From Mobula hypostoma (Eukaryota), in assembly GCF_963921235.1 (NCBI RefSeq), contig NC_086097.1, positions 82,028,001-82,092,000 of the forward strand: a DNA stretch of 64,000 bases. Direction: 5' to 3'. Shown here piece by piece: positions 23,752 to 35,469 of the stretch. The notes below the pieces were generated by a model. That model did no database searches. It had not been told where the DNA came from and saw only the letters and a list, made by a program, of their open reading frames with translations. The position numbers were made by a program, and so were the translations under genes. The number at the start of each line of letters is the position of its first letter. Position 1 is the stretch's first letter.

Positions 23752-25789
23752 AACTATTTTATCCTTGTTATTTTGCCTACAGGTCTTTACTTTTAATTAA
23801 ACTAAGTTAGGCTATTTCAAAGATTATTTATCAAAGTATACAATTCTGAAATTGTTCTTCTCCAGACATCCATGAAACCAAAACAGAAAAGAATGGCAGC
23901 ACAATCATCAACCCCCAATCCCCCTCCCCACACAAAAAAAATGAACAAAAGCTGAACAGGCGCATCAACCCATGTATTTTAACGGTTTAGATACACAATA
24001 GTGTACAGAAGTCTGAGTCCCCTTTGAGGCTTAATGTTTCAGACTGAATTAATGAGTTATAGCAGCTATTTCGTTGAGTATTTTTATCATTGTTAATTGT
24101 TTTAAAAAGTGTAAAAATTCCAAGAAGACAATGCAATGACAACCCCATCTCTGGAAATGCTGAAGCGCTCTAGGCAGTAATTTAAGCAAAGTCAAAATAA
24201 TATTTTAAAAAATCAAACAGAAGGGTGATACGAGTTCTGTGTGGGAATCTGTCCACAAGGAAGAAGTGTGTCAGTTACTTGGTTGGTGGGCAGTGAAGGA
24301 AAACTATTTTGAGACTACTCAGACTTCTAAAGGACACCATATGAAAGTGAACTGCATGAATCTGACTAGGCCTTCCCAGTAATATAAATGTAGGAAAGTA
24401 TATCATTTGATCACTACCCATGGAAATTATGCTAGTTTAACATTGGCCTTGTCAAATTATATGTACTAATTTACTGATTTTTATTTTTGCTTTGTTGAGT
24501 GATTAGTTGCTAGTTTTTATTTTAAGATGGAGATACTAATGTGCAAGTTGAGGAACATGTTACACTAAATATTGATTTCAATAGACATTGAGAAGAGTTG
24601 CTATTTACTCTGCAATGGACACCTCTGGAAATTGGTCCTGTCAATATAGGATGGTACCCTTAAAATAGTTGAGTGCAAGTGGATGGTGCACATATTGTCA
24701 CAATCTATTTCAAATCCCAACACAATGATTTCCACCCGCTACAACTGGAGGGTAGGCGAGGGCTAAAATTTTAAAATTCTCTTTTGGGTTGAAGAATAAG
24801 TACCAGTAAGCATACTGCTGGATTACAGGAAAATAAGATCTTAAAAGAACACAAGACTGCAAAAGCTTCAAAAAGAACAAACGTGCATTCTTGTAATGGG
24901 GATCAAAGAAGGAGCAATTCAAATAAATTAGTTTTAGTGATGATAGTGCTGGAAAAATAACCAAAGCCTGATAATCTGGATTCATTTTCTCTTTTTCAAA
25001 AATAAAAAGATTTTGGCTGTATTGGCTGTTGTCTTCCAGAATCATATAGATTTGGAATGACAGGAGAGTGGTAAATGTAACCCCATTACATGGCAAGAGA
25101 GAGAGAGAAATTGGAACTATAGTTTGTTCTACCACATAAGTAGCAAATAGGATAATACCACTAAGAAATTATTGCTGTGAAATGAACTTCATATTTGTAC
25201 TGTATAGCTTACAGTATAATAAGGGACTACTTTGTTCTAGTAACACGTTGTTGAATGCGCTATTAGGCGTGTATTGATCTGTACATGTGTGCCGAGTTCG
25301 GATTCTGCCAGTAAAGAACCATGAAACTTGGCTCCCGTCTCCAGCATTTTTATTAATAGCATTTTTGTGTAACCAGGCCACATACACAACAATATTGATT
25401 AGAGACTCTCCTCTGGGTACTTTAAGATACATCAGTTGATTCTGATTTTGTGGTTTAGACATGGAAATAATTTGTATGAAGTTGAAACTAGAGTGGCAAG
25501 CTTACTTATAGGCCATCAGTGATCCGGAATGCTATCCAGAATGTGCTATACTGATCTACAAAGCATGTTGAATAAAAACATTCAAGTGGCAGAGAAAGTA
25601 CTCAGGGATCCAAAAATATTTCTTAAACATTGCTGAGAATGTCCGTTTTTTTTAAACAAATAGATTGTAAATTTACAATACTATTAAACACCACTGCTTG
25701 ATAAATCAGCATGCAAAATAGATTCCAGCACTAGCACGATGTAAGACTGAAAACCAGCATTTTGGCCCTCTACCACCCATTTTACACCA

Positions 25790-25975
25790 ACTGCACATCT
25801 GTCTCATTTCTTTTATTCACCATAGTCTTTCGGCTCCTCTCCGATTCTACCAGTTACATTCAGAACAATTAAAAATGGGCAATTAACCAACTAACCCACA
25901 TCTTTGGTATATAGATGAAACCAGACACACTCAGGATATGCAAACTACAGAAATCACACCCAAGGTCAATATTCT
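25790..25975 (-). repeat. Decayed V-SINE/HE1-like SINE
   Basis: AACCCACATCTTTGG..GAAACCAGA..ATGCAAACT..CACCCAAGGTC is the reverse complement of the V-SINE core as recalled. Confidence 0.5.
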
Positions 25976-27249
25976 GTTTCTATAGATGTCAGACTGAAAA
26001 TTTACCTCTCTCCCTGCCCACCCCTCAAATAGATTATATATCTAGCTCAACTTCCAAGTTCTCAGTCATTTCAAAGATATAATACTGAGTTTCAGTAAGT
26101 CTAATAATACTCGGTGTGTGAATTCCAGCAGCAAAATAAAACATTTTCAGTTAACAATCTAAAGTACAACTTTAAACAAGCCCGTGGGTGTCACATGACC
26201 TGCTTTGAAAGAAAGGGCCAGGGTAAAGTTAGCTATCTGGATACTAAAAAGTGGTTTAAAACAAATGATCCTTTTTAAAGATTCACAACTGCTACATTCA
26301 ATGAGAAAATGGCTGCAGCAGCTCATAATTCACTTTTCATGTCAGGAGCCGTCCAAATTGCTCTCTCCCTGTTCTTTCCATAAAGCTCTGTAAATATATT
26401 CTTCCAGTAAGCAATTCTTTTCTGAAAGTATCTTTTGAATCTGCTTTTGTGAATCTTGTTATGTAATGTACTCCAACATAAAAATAGCTTTCTTCATAGT
26501 GCCTCTGATTCACTAACTGACCTTTACATGCTTACTTCTTTATCTTATTTGCTATATAAAATTGATGAGGATTTTATATAAAGCTCCTCTTAATTGTCTG
26601 ATTTGAGTACCGCAATAAGTCACTTAGTTCTCAAGTGTAGTTACATCAAAATGGCTCACTGCTAAAACAATTTGGGTAATGCACAGGTATTGAATACTAT
26701 GTGGATTATAATTGATATTAAGTACTATACATGCTTAAATGCCATGTGTCCAAGTTTGCCAATGGCAAAACAACATATGATTGCCTTCTAACTCCACATA
26801 AAAAATTCTGTACTAACCTTAAAAATCTTCAGTTAACAAATGTCTACCAACCTCATTTGAATTTTGTAGCGATTAAGACTTTTGTAGCATTTAGAAGAAT
26901 CTCAGGGTCTTATAGCCCAGGCTCTAACGTTTAGAAATTTAGCCAGATACACCAGCTAGCAGAATAAATTTATGTCTATCCTTTATTCCACTTTTTAATA
27001 GGCATTGAGTCATACAGCATGAAAACAGGCCCTCTGGTCCATCTCATCCACCCAGTAAGGTAAACCCATCTGCCCACACTTGGCCTCTAACTCTCTAAAC
27101 CCCTCCTTACCATGTACTTAGTGGATGCTTTGTAAATGTTGCTGATGTGCCTGTCTCATCAATATTTCTGGCACTATTCCAAATATGCACTACTTTTTGT
27201 GAAGAAGCTGCCTCTGATGTACTTTTACATCTCTGATCTGAAATCTATG

Positions 27250-27378
27250 CACAAACAAGAGAAAATCTGCAGATACTGGGAATCCAAGCAACACACACAA
27301 AATGCTGGAGGAACTCAGCAGGCCAGGCAGCTTCAATGGATGAGTACAGTCGACCTTTTGGGCCGAGACCTTTCAGCA
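27250..27378 (-). mobile_element. Short Penelope terminal fragment with a degenerate hammerhead
   Basis: Reverse complement of the 3' terminus seen at 15150-15285. Confidence 0.7.
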
Positions 27379-27506
27379 TTTTGTGCATGTCGCTTAAGTT
27401 TATGTGCTCTTGTTTTTAGCACCTCTCCATGAAAAAAAGACCATGTGCTTTCATCAAAGTTGCTGGTGAACGCAGCAGGCCAGGCAGCATCTCTAGGAAG
27501 AGGTAC

Positions 27507-27542
27507 AGTCGACGTTTCGGGCCGAGACTCTTCGTCAGGACT
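27507..27542 (-). ncRNA. Minimal hammerhead ribozyme motif
   Basis: Minus strand reads AGTC-CTGACGA-AGAGTCTCGGCCC-GAAA-CGTC-GACT; one stem II mismatch. Confidence 0.8.
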
Positions 27543-28284
27543 AACTGAAGGAAGAGCTAGTAAGAGATTTAAAAGTCGGAGGGAGAGGGGAGATCCAAAA
27601 TGATAGAAGAAGATCCCTCCTGGGGGAGGGATGGAGCCAAGAGCTGGACAGGTGATTGGCAAAAGGGATATGAGAGGATCATGAGACAGGAGGCCCAGGG
27701 ACAAGGAAAAGGGGTGGGGGGGGAAATACCCAGAGGATGGGCAAGGGGTATAGTCAGAGGGACAGAGGGAGAAAAAGGAGAGAGAGAAAAAGAAGAAAAA
27801 TGTGTGTATATAAACAAATAATGGATGGGGTACGAGGGGGAGGTGGGGCATTAGCAGAAGTTTGAGAAGTCAATGCTCATGCCATCAGGTTGGAGGCTAC
27901 CCCCAGACGGAATATAAGGTGTTGTTCCTCCAACCTGAGAGTGGCTTCATCTCGACAGTAGAGGAGGCCGCGGATAGACATATCAGAATGGGAATGGGAT
28001 GTGGAATTAAATGTGTGGCCACTGGGAGATCCTGCTTTCTCTGGTGGACAGAGCGTAGGTGTTCAGCAAAACGATCTCCCAGCCTGCTGATGTGATATAC
28101 TGTGTCTGGTGCTCCCGGTGTGGCCTTCTATATACTGGTGAAACCCGATGCAGGCTGGGCGACAGTTTCCTTTTTGCCAATCAACTGTCCAGCCTTTGGC
28201 TCCATCCCTCCCCCTCCTGTCTTCTCCTATCATTTTGGATCTCCCCTCCCACTTTTAAATCTCTTACTAGCTCTTCCTTCAGTG

Positions 28285-28320
28285 AGTCCTGACGAAGGGT
28301 CTCTGCCTGAAACATCAACT
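28285..28320 (+). ncRNA. Minimal hammerhead ribozyme motif, mutated copy
   Basis: AGTC-CTGACGA-AGGGTCTCTGCCT-GAAA-CATC-AACT. Confidence 0.6.
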
Positions 28321-28559
28321 GTACCTCTTCCTAGAGATGCTGCCTGGCCTGCTGCGTTCACCAGCAACTTTGATGTGTGTTGTTGAATTTCCAGCATCTG
28401 CAGAATTCCTCGTGTTTGTGCCATGTGCTTTCACTCTGTTTGTGTTCCTCATGATCGAGCTACCCTCAATTAGGGCACCCCTTAATCTCTTTAGGAGCGT
28501 GTTGGTTCATCAATATGTTAAGGAAAATTATTTTTACTGATAAATCATGAGATAATTTA

Positions 28560-29494
28560 ACCTGGAATGTTGGTGTTGCTGTTTTTGTGCCTGAATAAAG
28601 GAACATCTTACTAACCATCTATAGTATATACAGCAGAATTGGTTGCCATCATTTTGGGCTTACAGTGGGTGGAGGAAATTTGTCCTTGCAAAGTTGTAAT
28701 TTGTTCAGATTCTTTTTCGGTTTGACTCGTCTTAAAACAGGTTATTCTAGCAGTAGGCCGGATTGACTGCTGGAAGCTCTTCAAACTTTTATTTCATATT
28801 CAAAGTATTGGTCTACATGTCTGCTTATGGGTCTCTACACATTGAGGTATTGAGGGAAGTGAGCCGGTTGATTGTTTGGCCTAAAAAGCTGTTAAAAATT
28901 CAACTGTGGATGTAGACCATCTACTTAGCAAATCAGAAGCTAAGGAGTTGGTGGGGCTAAGAATGAGGGGATTACGGCAAGACTTGTGAGATAATAGGCA
29001 TAGGGGGAGACACCTTTACAAAATGCACAAGGCTGTTGGATTGATGGGAGAAGGGGATAAGACAAGAAGGGAAGGAATTATTGACTTGACTTAGAACTGG
29101 GCATACTATGCTTAATTATTCCTTATATCTTGTTGGAAAACATCACTCTGGGTTGTGTAAATGTTATCATTATTATGAAACATTTGAACTCATTTACAAT
29201 GTGAAGTATGTAAGGTTAAAAGTAAGTAAATGCAGGCTGCACTACTATCTTTGGGGTTTGATAGTTTTAATTGTAAAACTTCACTAAGTTATGGAAGTGA
29301 CTTTAATTCACAATATTGTCTTTCATTATTTAGAATCTAAAGAGCTCTATGAGGTAATCTTGTTTTCATTTGATAAAGAACTAGTAGAGGTTTTACTTTC
29401 CAGTTCGCTACATGACATTTCAGTCCAGGTGGTGGCAGTAATGCACCTTTAAGTTGGACTGCCAACTACCATATAAAGTCAGAAGAAGAAGAAG
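28560..29494 (+). mobile_element. Nimb/I-clade LINE 3' part (RNase H and CCHC region), decayed
   Basis: YTAELVAIILGLQWVEEICPCKVVICSDSFS, GIEGSEPVDCLA, LRTGHTMLNYSLYLVGKHHSGLCKC; terminal hairpin and (GAA)n tail. Confidence 0.75.
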
Positions 29495-29519
29495 GAATAA
29501 AGTACAAGTCTACACCAGC

Positions 29520-31200
29520 TCTCCTTGCAACGCAGGCTCCCAAGTCCAAGCAACATCCTGGTAAATCTTTTTAGCTTAATGTGCCCAAAACTGTATACAA
29601 AGCTCTAAGTGTGGCCTCGCCAATAACTTAATTGGCTCCAACATAACTTACCACCTCCTATACTCAGTCCCTTGACTGATGAAAGCCAGCACTCATGACA
29701 CGTTCCTAACCACCCTATGTACCCATGACATCAATTTCATCAAACTTTGTACTTGCACACCTAGGTTCCTGTGTTTCATAACACAATCCAGGGCCCTACC
29801 TTTCACTGTATAAATCCTAGCCTGGTTTAGTCTGAAATACGAAACGTCATCTTTATCTGGATCAAAAACCTTTTGCCAGTCCTCAGCCCACATGCCTAGC
29901 TGATTGATCCCTCCGTAGTTTTTCATAACCTATACCATCTACAACTTATTTTAGTATCATCTCCTAATTTTCTAACCATACCTTGTACATTCACAACAAA
30001 ATCCCTTATATAAATTACAAACAACAAAGGTCCCAGCACCAATCGATGTGAATCACTAGACACAGGTCTCCAGTCAAAAAACAACTCTTGACAACCACCC
30101 TCTGTTCCTGTCATTGAGTCAATTACAGAACATAGAACAGAGAATAGTACAGAACAGTACAGGCCCTTCAGCCCACAATGTTGTGCTGACCCTCAAACCC
30201 TGCCTCCCGTGTAAGCCCCCACCTTAAATTCCTCCATATACCTGTCTAGAAGTCTCTTAAACTTCACTAGTGTATCTGCCTCCACCACTGACTCAGGCAG
30301 TGCATTCCACACACCAACTACTCTCTGAGTAAAAAACCTTCCTCTAATATCCCCCTTGAACTTCCCACCCCTTACCTTAAAGCCATGTCCTCTTGTATTG
30401 AGCAGTGGTGCCCTGGGGAAGAGGCGCTGGCTATCCACTCTATCTATTCCTCTTATTATCTTCTACACCTCAATCATGTCTCCTCTCATCTTCCTTCTCT
30501 CCAAAGAGTAAAGCCCTAGCTCCCTTAATCTCTGATCATAATGCATACTCTCTAAACTAGGCAGCATCCTGGTAATTCTCCTCTGTACCCTTTCCAATGC
30601 TTCCACATCCGTCCTATAGTGAGGCGACCAGAACTGGACACAGTACTCCAAGTGTAGCCTAACCAGAGTTTTATAGAGCTGCATCATTGCATCGCGACTC
30701 TTAAACTCTATCCCTCGACTTATGAAAACTAACAACCCATAAGCTTTATTAACTACCCTATCCACCTGTGAGGCAACTTTCAGGGATCTGTGGACATGTA
30801 CCCTCAGATCTCTCTGCTCCTCCACACTACCAAGAATCCTGCCATTTACTTTGTGAATTGAATTATGAATCCAATCCACTAATATCCTGGATCCCATGCA
30901 ATCTAACCGTCCAGACTAGCTTGCCATGAGGAACCCTGCTAGGCCTGCTAAAGGCCATACACTGCCCTACCTTCATCTAGCCTCTTGGTTATCTCCTTGA
31001 AGAACTCCAACAGCTTTCTCAGACATGAGTTCCAATGTACAAAGCTATGCTGACTGTACTAAATCAGACTGTCTCTCCTAATGTTGGTAGATTTACTCAC
31101 CACTGATGTCCAATTCACCAGCCTGCAGTTTCCAAATTAGTTTTGTTTAAAACCAAAGTACCACATTAGGAGCTCTTCGGGTCTCCAGAACTTAATCTAT
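29520..31200 (-). mobile_element. Older CR1 fragment (29520-30125 and 30855-31200) interrupted by a younger CR1 3' copy (30127-30852)
   Basis: ORFs 29923-30114 ([19 protein letters not shown]), 30463-30897 and 30193-30438; the younger tail (ACATAGA) lies at about 30127-30140. Confidence 0.82.
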
Positions 31201-31309
31201 GGCTGGAGATCAGAATCAGAATCAGATTCATCACCGGCATGTGATGTGAAATTTGTTAACTTAGCAGCAGCAGTTCAATGCAATACATAATCTAGCAGAG
31301 AGAGAACCA

Positions 31310-34090
31310 CTGAACACTACAGCACAGCAAACAAGCCATTCGGCCCTTCTAGTCCATGCTGAAACTTTATTCTGCTAGTCCCATTGACCTGCACCCTGTC
31401 CATAACCCTCCAGACTTCTCCCATCCACGTATCTATCCAATTTATTCTTAAGACTTAAGAGTGAGCCCGCATTTACCACATCAGATGGCAGCTCGTTCCA
31501 CACTCCCACCACTCTCTGAGTGAAGAAGTTCCCCCTAAACCTTTTCCCTCTCACCCTAAAGCCATGTCCTCTCGTATTTATCTCTCCTAATCTAAGTGGA
31601 AAGAGCCTATTCACATTTATTCTGCCTATACCCCTCATAATTTTGTAAACCTCTATCAGATCTCCCCTCATTCTTCTACGCTCCAAGGAATAAAGTCCTA
31701 ACCTGTTCAATCTTTCCCTATAACTCAACTCCTGAAGACCCGGCAACATCCTAGTACATCTTCCCTGCACTCTTTCAATCTTACTGATAACCTTCCTATA
31801 GTTAGGTGAACAGAACTGTACACAATACTCCAAATTTGGCCTCACCAATGTCTTATACATCCTCACCGTAACACCCCATCTTCTATACTCAATACTTTGA
31901 TTTATGAATGCCAGGATGCCAAAAGCCTTCTTTACAACCCTGTCTACCTGTGACGCCACTTTCAGGGAATTATGTGTCTGAACTCCCAGATCTCTTTGTT
32001 CCTCCGCACTCCTCGGTGCCCTACCATTTACTGTGTATTTCCTACCTGATTTGTCCTTTCAAAATGCAACACCTGACACTTGTCTGCATTAAATTCCATC
32101 TGCCATTTTCTAGCCCATTTTGCAAGTTGGCCCAGATCCCTCCGCAAGCTTTGAAAGCCTTCCTCGCTGTCCACAATGCCTCTAATCTTAGTGTCATCAG
32201 CAAACTTGCTGATCCAATTTATCACATTATCATCTAGATCATTGATATAGACAACCCTATGCCTGTTAACTTTGCCTTTAATCCTAGCAGGAATATGCAA
32301 ACTGCACTCTCGAAATTTCGCCTTTGAAGTCCTTCCACTTATTGAACATATCCTTGCCAGAAAACAACTTATCCCAATCCACTCTTCCTAGATCCTTTCT
32401 CATTTCCACAAAATTGGCCCTTCTCCAATTTAGAACCTCAACTCGAGGACCAGACCTATCCTTATCCATAATTAACTTGAAACTAATGACATTATGGTCA
32501 CTGGACCCAAAATGTTCGCCTACACATACTTCTGTCACCTGACCTGTCTGGTTCCCTAATAGGAGATCAAGTATTGCATCCTCTCTCGCTGGTACCTCTA
32601 AATATTGATTTAGAAAACTTTCCTGAACAGATTTGACAAACTCCAAGCCATCTAGCCCTTTCACAGTGTGGGAGTCCCAGTTAATATATGGAAAGTTAAA
32701 ATCCCCTACTATTCCAGCTCTCTGTTTCTTACATCGGTCTGCTATCTCTCTACAGATTTGCTCCTCCAATTCTCTCTGACTGTTGGGCATTCAATAATAC
32801 AACCCTATTAGTGTGGTCGCACCTTTCCCGTTCCTCAGCTCCACCCATATGGCCTCTGTAGACAAGCCCTCTGGGCTGTCCTGTCTATGCACAGCTGTGA
32901 TATTCTTCCTGACTAGTAATGCTACTCCTCTCCCTTTCATCCCTCCCCCTCTATCACGTCTGAAACAAATGAACCCCGGAACATTAAGCTGCCAGTCCTG
33001 CCCCTCCTGCAACTAAGTTTCACTAATAGCAATAATGTCGTAATCCCACGTGTCAATCCACGCCCTAAACTCATCTGCCTTACCTTCAATACTCCTTGCA
33101 TTGAAATAGATGCACCTGAGAACATTTCTATCATGTACAAACCTTTGAGTTCTGTCTATACATGCAGTCCTCACATGACCTTTATCCTCCTCCACCTCAC
33201 TATCTGCTCTAACACGCTGGTTCTCCTCCTCCTGCAAACCTAGTTTAAACCTCCCTGAGCAGAACTAGCAAACCTTCCTGCAAGGATGTTAGTCCCCCTC
33301 CAGTTCAGGTGCAAACCGTCCCGTCGGAACAGGTCCCACCTTCCCCGGAACAAAGCCCAATCGTCCAGAAACATGAAGCCCTCCCTCCTGCACCATCTCC
33401 TTAGCCACGTATTTAGCTGCATTATCTTCCTATTTCTAGCTTCCCTAGCATGTGGCACGGGTAGCAATCCTGAGATTGCAACCCTGGAGGTCCTGTCCTT
33501 CAACTTTGCACCTAACTCCCTAACCTCTCTTTGCAGGACCTCCTCCTCCTTCCTATCCACGTCATTGGTCCCTACATGGACCACGACATCTGGCTGCTCA
33601 CCCTCCCTCTTGAGAATACTGAGAACTCAATCTGAGATATCATGGACCCTGGCAAGACCATCCAGGATTCTCGATTCCTCCCACAGAACCTCTTATCTGT
33701 CCTCCTAACTATCGAATCCCCTATCACTACTGCTCTCCTCCTTTTCCTCCTTCCCTTCTGAGCTGAGGGTCCAGTCCTGGTGCCAGAGACGCGACCACTG
33801 CAACTTGTCCCTGGTAGGTCGTCCCCACCAACAGTATCCAAAACGGTACACTTATTGCTGATGGGAACTGCCACAGGAGTGCTCTGCTCTTTCTGTCTAT
33901 TCCTCTTCCCTCTCCTGACAGTCACCCAGCTACCTGCCTTCTCACTTTTAGGCGTGACTGTCTCCCTGAAACTCCTATATATTTCTGCTTCTGCCTCACG
34001 AATGATCCAAAGTTCGACCAGCTCCAGCTCCAGTTCCCTAACTGGGTTTGTCAGGAGCTGCAGCTGGATGCACCTTTTACAGGTGTAGTC
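31310..34090 (-). mobile_element. CR1 LINE with ORF1 (zinc finger and SGNH esterase), APE endonuclease and RT 3' part; central RT deleted
   Basis: VVIGDSIVR, VHVGTND, DGLHLN (esterase); CIYFNARSI, DIIAISET, VGDFNFP, SSDHNVI (APE); ISKFADDTK onward; abrupt junction near 32255. Confidence 0.9.
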
Positions 34091-34309
34091 AAATTAGCAC
34101 AGAGGAGGTATTGGACATGTTAAACTGCATTAAGGTGGATAAATCCCCAGGACCTGACCTGGTATATTCCCCAACATTGTAGGTAGGTAAGTAGGTAGAG
34201 AAGAAATTGTGGAGGCCCTTACAAAAATCCTGATAGAGATGTTGCAGAACCTGGGCCTCCGTACCTGTCTCTGCAATTGGATCTTCAACTTCCTAACCAG
34301 AAGACCATA

Positions 34310-34715
34310 ATTTGTGCAGATCCCTTATGCCTACACAATGTCCATATCCTTCTATTTTCTTCACATTTATTTGCCTATCCAAATATATATTTTTAAAGTC
34401 CATTATGTTTCTCCTGCTACCACCACTCCCAGTAGTGCATTCCAGGCATCTGCTACTCTCTGTGTTAAAAACTTGCCCCTCACATCTCCATTAACATGAC
34501 CTCCTTTCTCCTTAAATGCTTGCCCTCGGGTACGAGACATTTCAACCCTGGGAAAACGATATTGACTGTCTACCATAGTTTTATTAACCTCTAACAGGTC
34601 TCCCGTCAGCCTCCGCCACTCCAGAGAAAACAACCCACATTTGTCCTACCTCCTGCCCTATGACCCAGGCAGCATCCTGATAAACCTTTCCTGCACCCTC
34701 TCAAAAGCCTTGAAA
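34310..34715 (-). mobile_element. CR1 LINE 3' fragment
   Basis: ORF 34403-34633 FSLEWRRLTGDLLEV..FLTQRVADAWNAL. Confidence 0.8.
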
Positions 34716-34929
34716 ATAGACGAATTCATCCACCTTAACCAGTCAGGCCTCTCACATTGAAATAAATGGTGTTTAAACCAATGGTCTTTCTGCTCCGTTT
34801 ACTGTGCTCCTATCCCGATGACTAAACATGCTCTTATTGACTACATTATTACCCTGAGTCATAGAGCTACACAACCTGGAAACAGGCCTTTTTGCCCAAC
34901 TCATCTAAGCCAAACTAGTTGTTTACCCG

Positions 34930-35460
34930 AGTTCAACATCTGCCGGATGATGCTGAGGATGTTCTACGAGTCTGTGGTGGCCAGTGCTATCATGTTTGCT
35001 GTTGTGTGCTGGGGCAGCAGGCTGAGGGTAGCAGACACCAAAAGAATCAACAAACTCATTCGTAAGGCCAGTGATGTTGTGGGGATGGAACTGGACTCTC
35101 TGACGGTGGTGTCTGAAAAGAGGATGCTGTCCAAGTTGCATGCCATCTCGGACAATGTCTCCCATCCACTACATAATGTACTGGGTGGGCACAGGAGTAC
35201 ATTCAGCCAGAGGCTCATTCCACCGAGATGCAGCACAGAGCATCATAGGAAGTCATTCCTGCCTGTGGCCATCAAACTTTACAACTCCTCCCTTGGAGAG
35301 TCAGACATCCTGAGCCAATAGGCTGGTCCTGGACTTATTTCATAATTTACATATTACTATTTAACTATTATGGTTCTATTACTATTTATTATTCATGGTG
35401 CAACTGTAATGAAAACCAATTTCCCCCGGGATCAATAAAGTATGACTATGACTATGACTA
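34930..35460 (+). mobile_element. Rex/Babar LINE 3' fragment
   Basis: MLRMFYESVVASAIMFAVVCWG...RKSFLPVAIKLYN; AATAAA followed by (ATGACT)3. Confidence 0.88.
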
Positions 35461-35469
35461 ACACATTTC

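Larger units (their letters stand above)
27454..28420. mobile_element. Short inverted two-arm Penelope-like element
   Basis: Perfect 13-bp TSD CCATGTGCTTTCA (27441-53, 28421-33); left arm (-) and right arm (+) join near 28087; GIY-YIG remnant DVIYCVWCSRCGLLYTGET. Confidence 0.9.

Noticed and set aside
24710..25135. 141-aa minus-strand ORF in unique sequence
   Set aside because: No recognisable domain, AT-rich composition and no splice support; likely a chance ORF.
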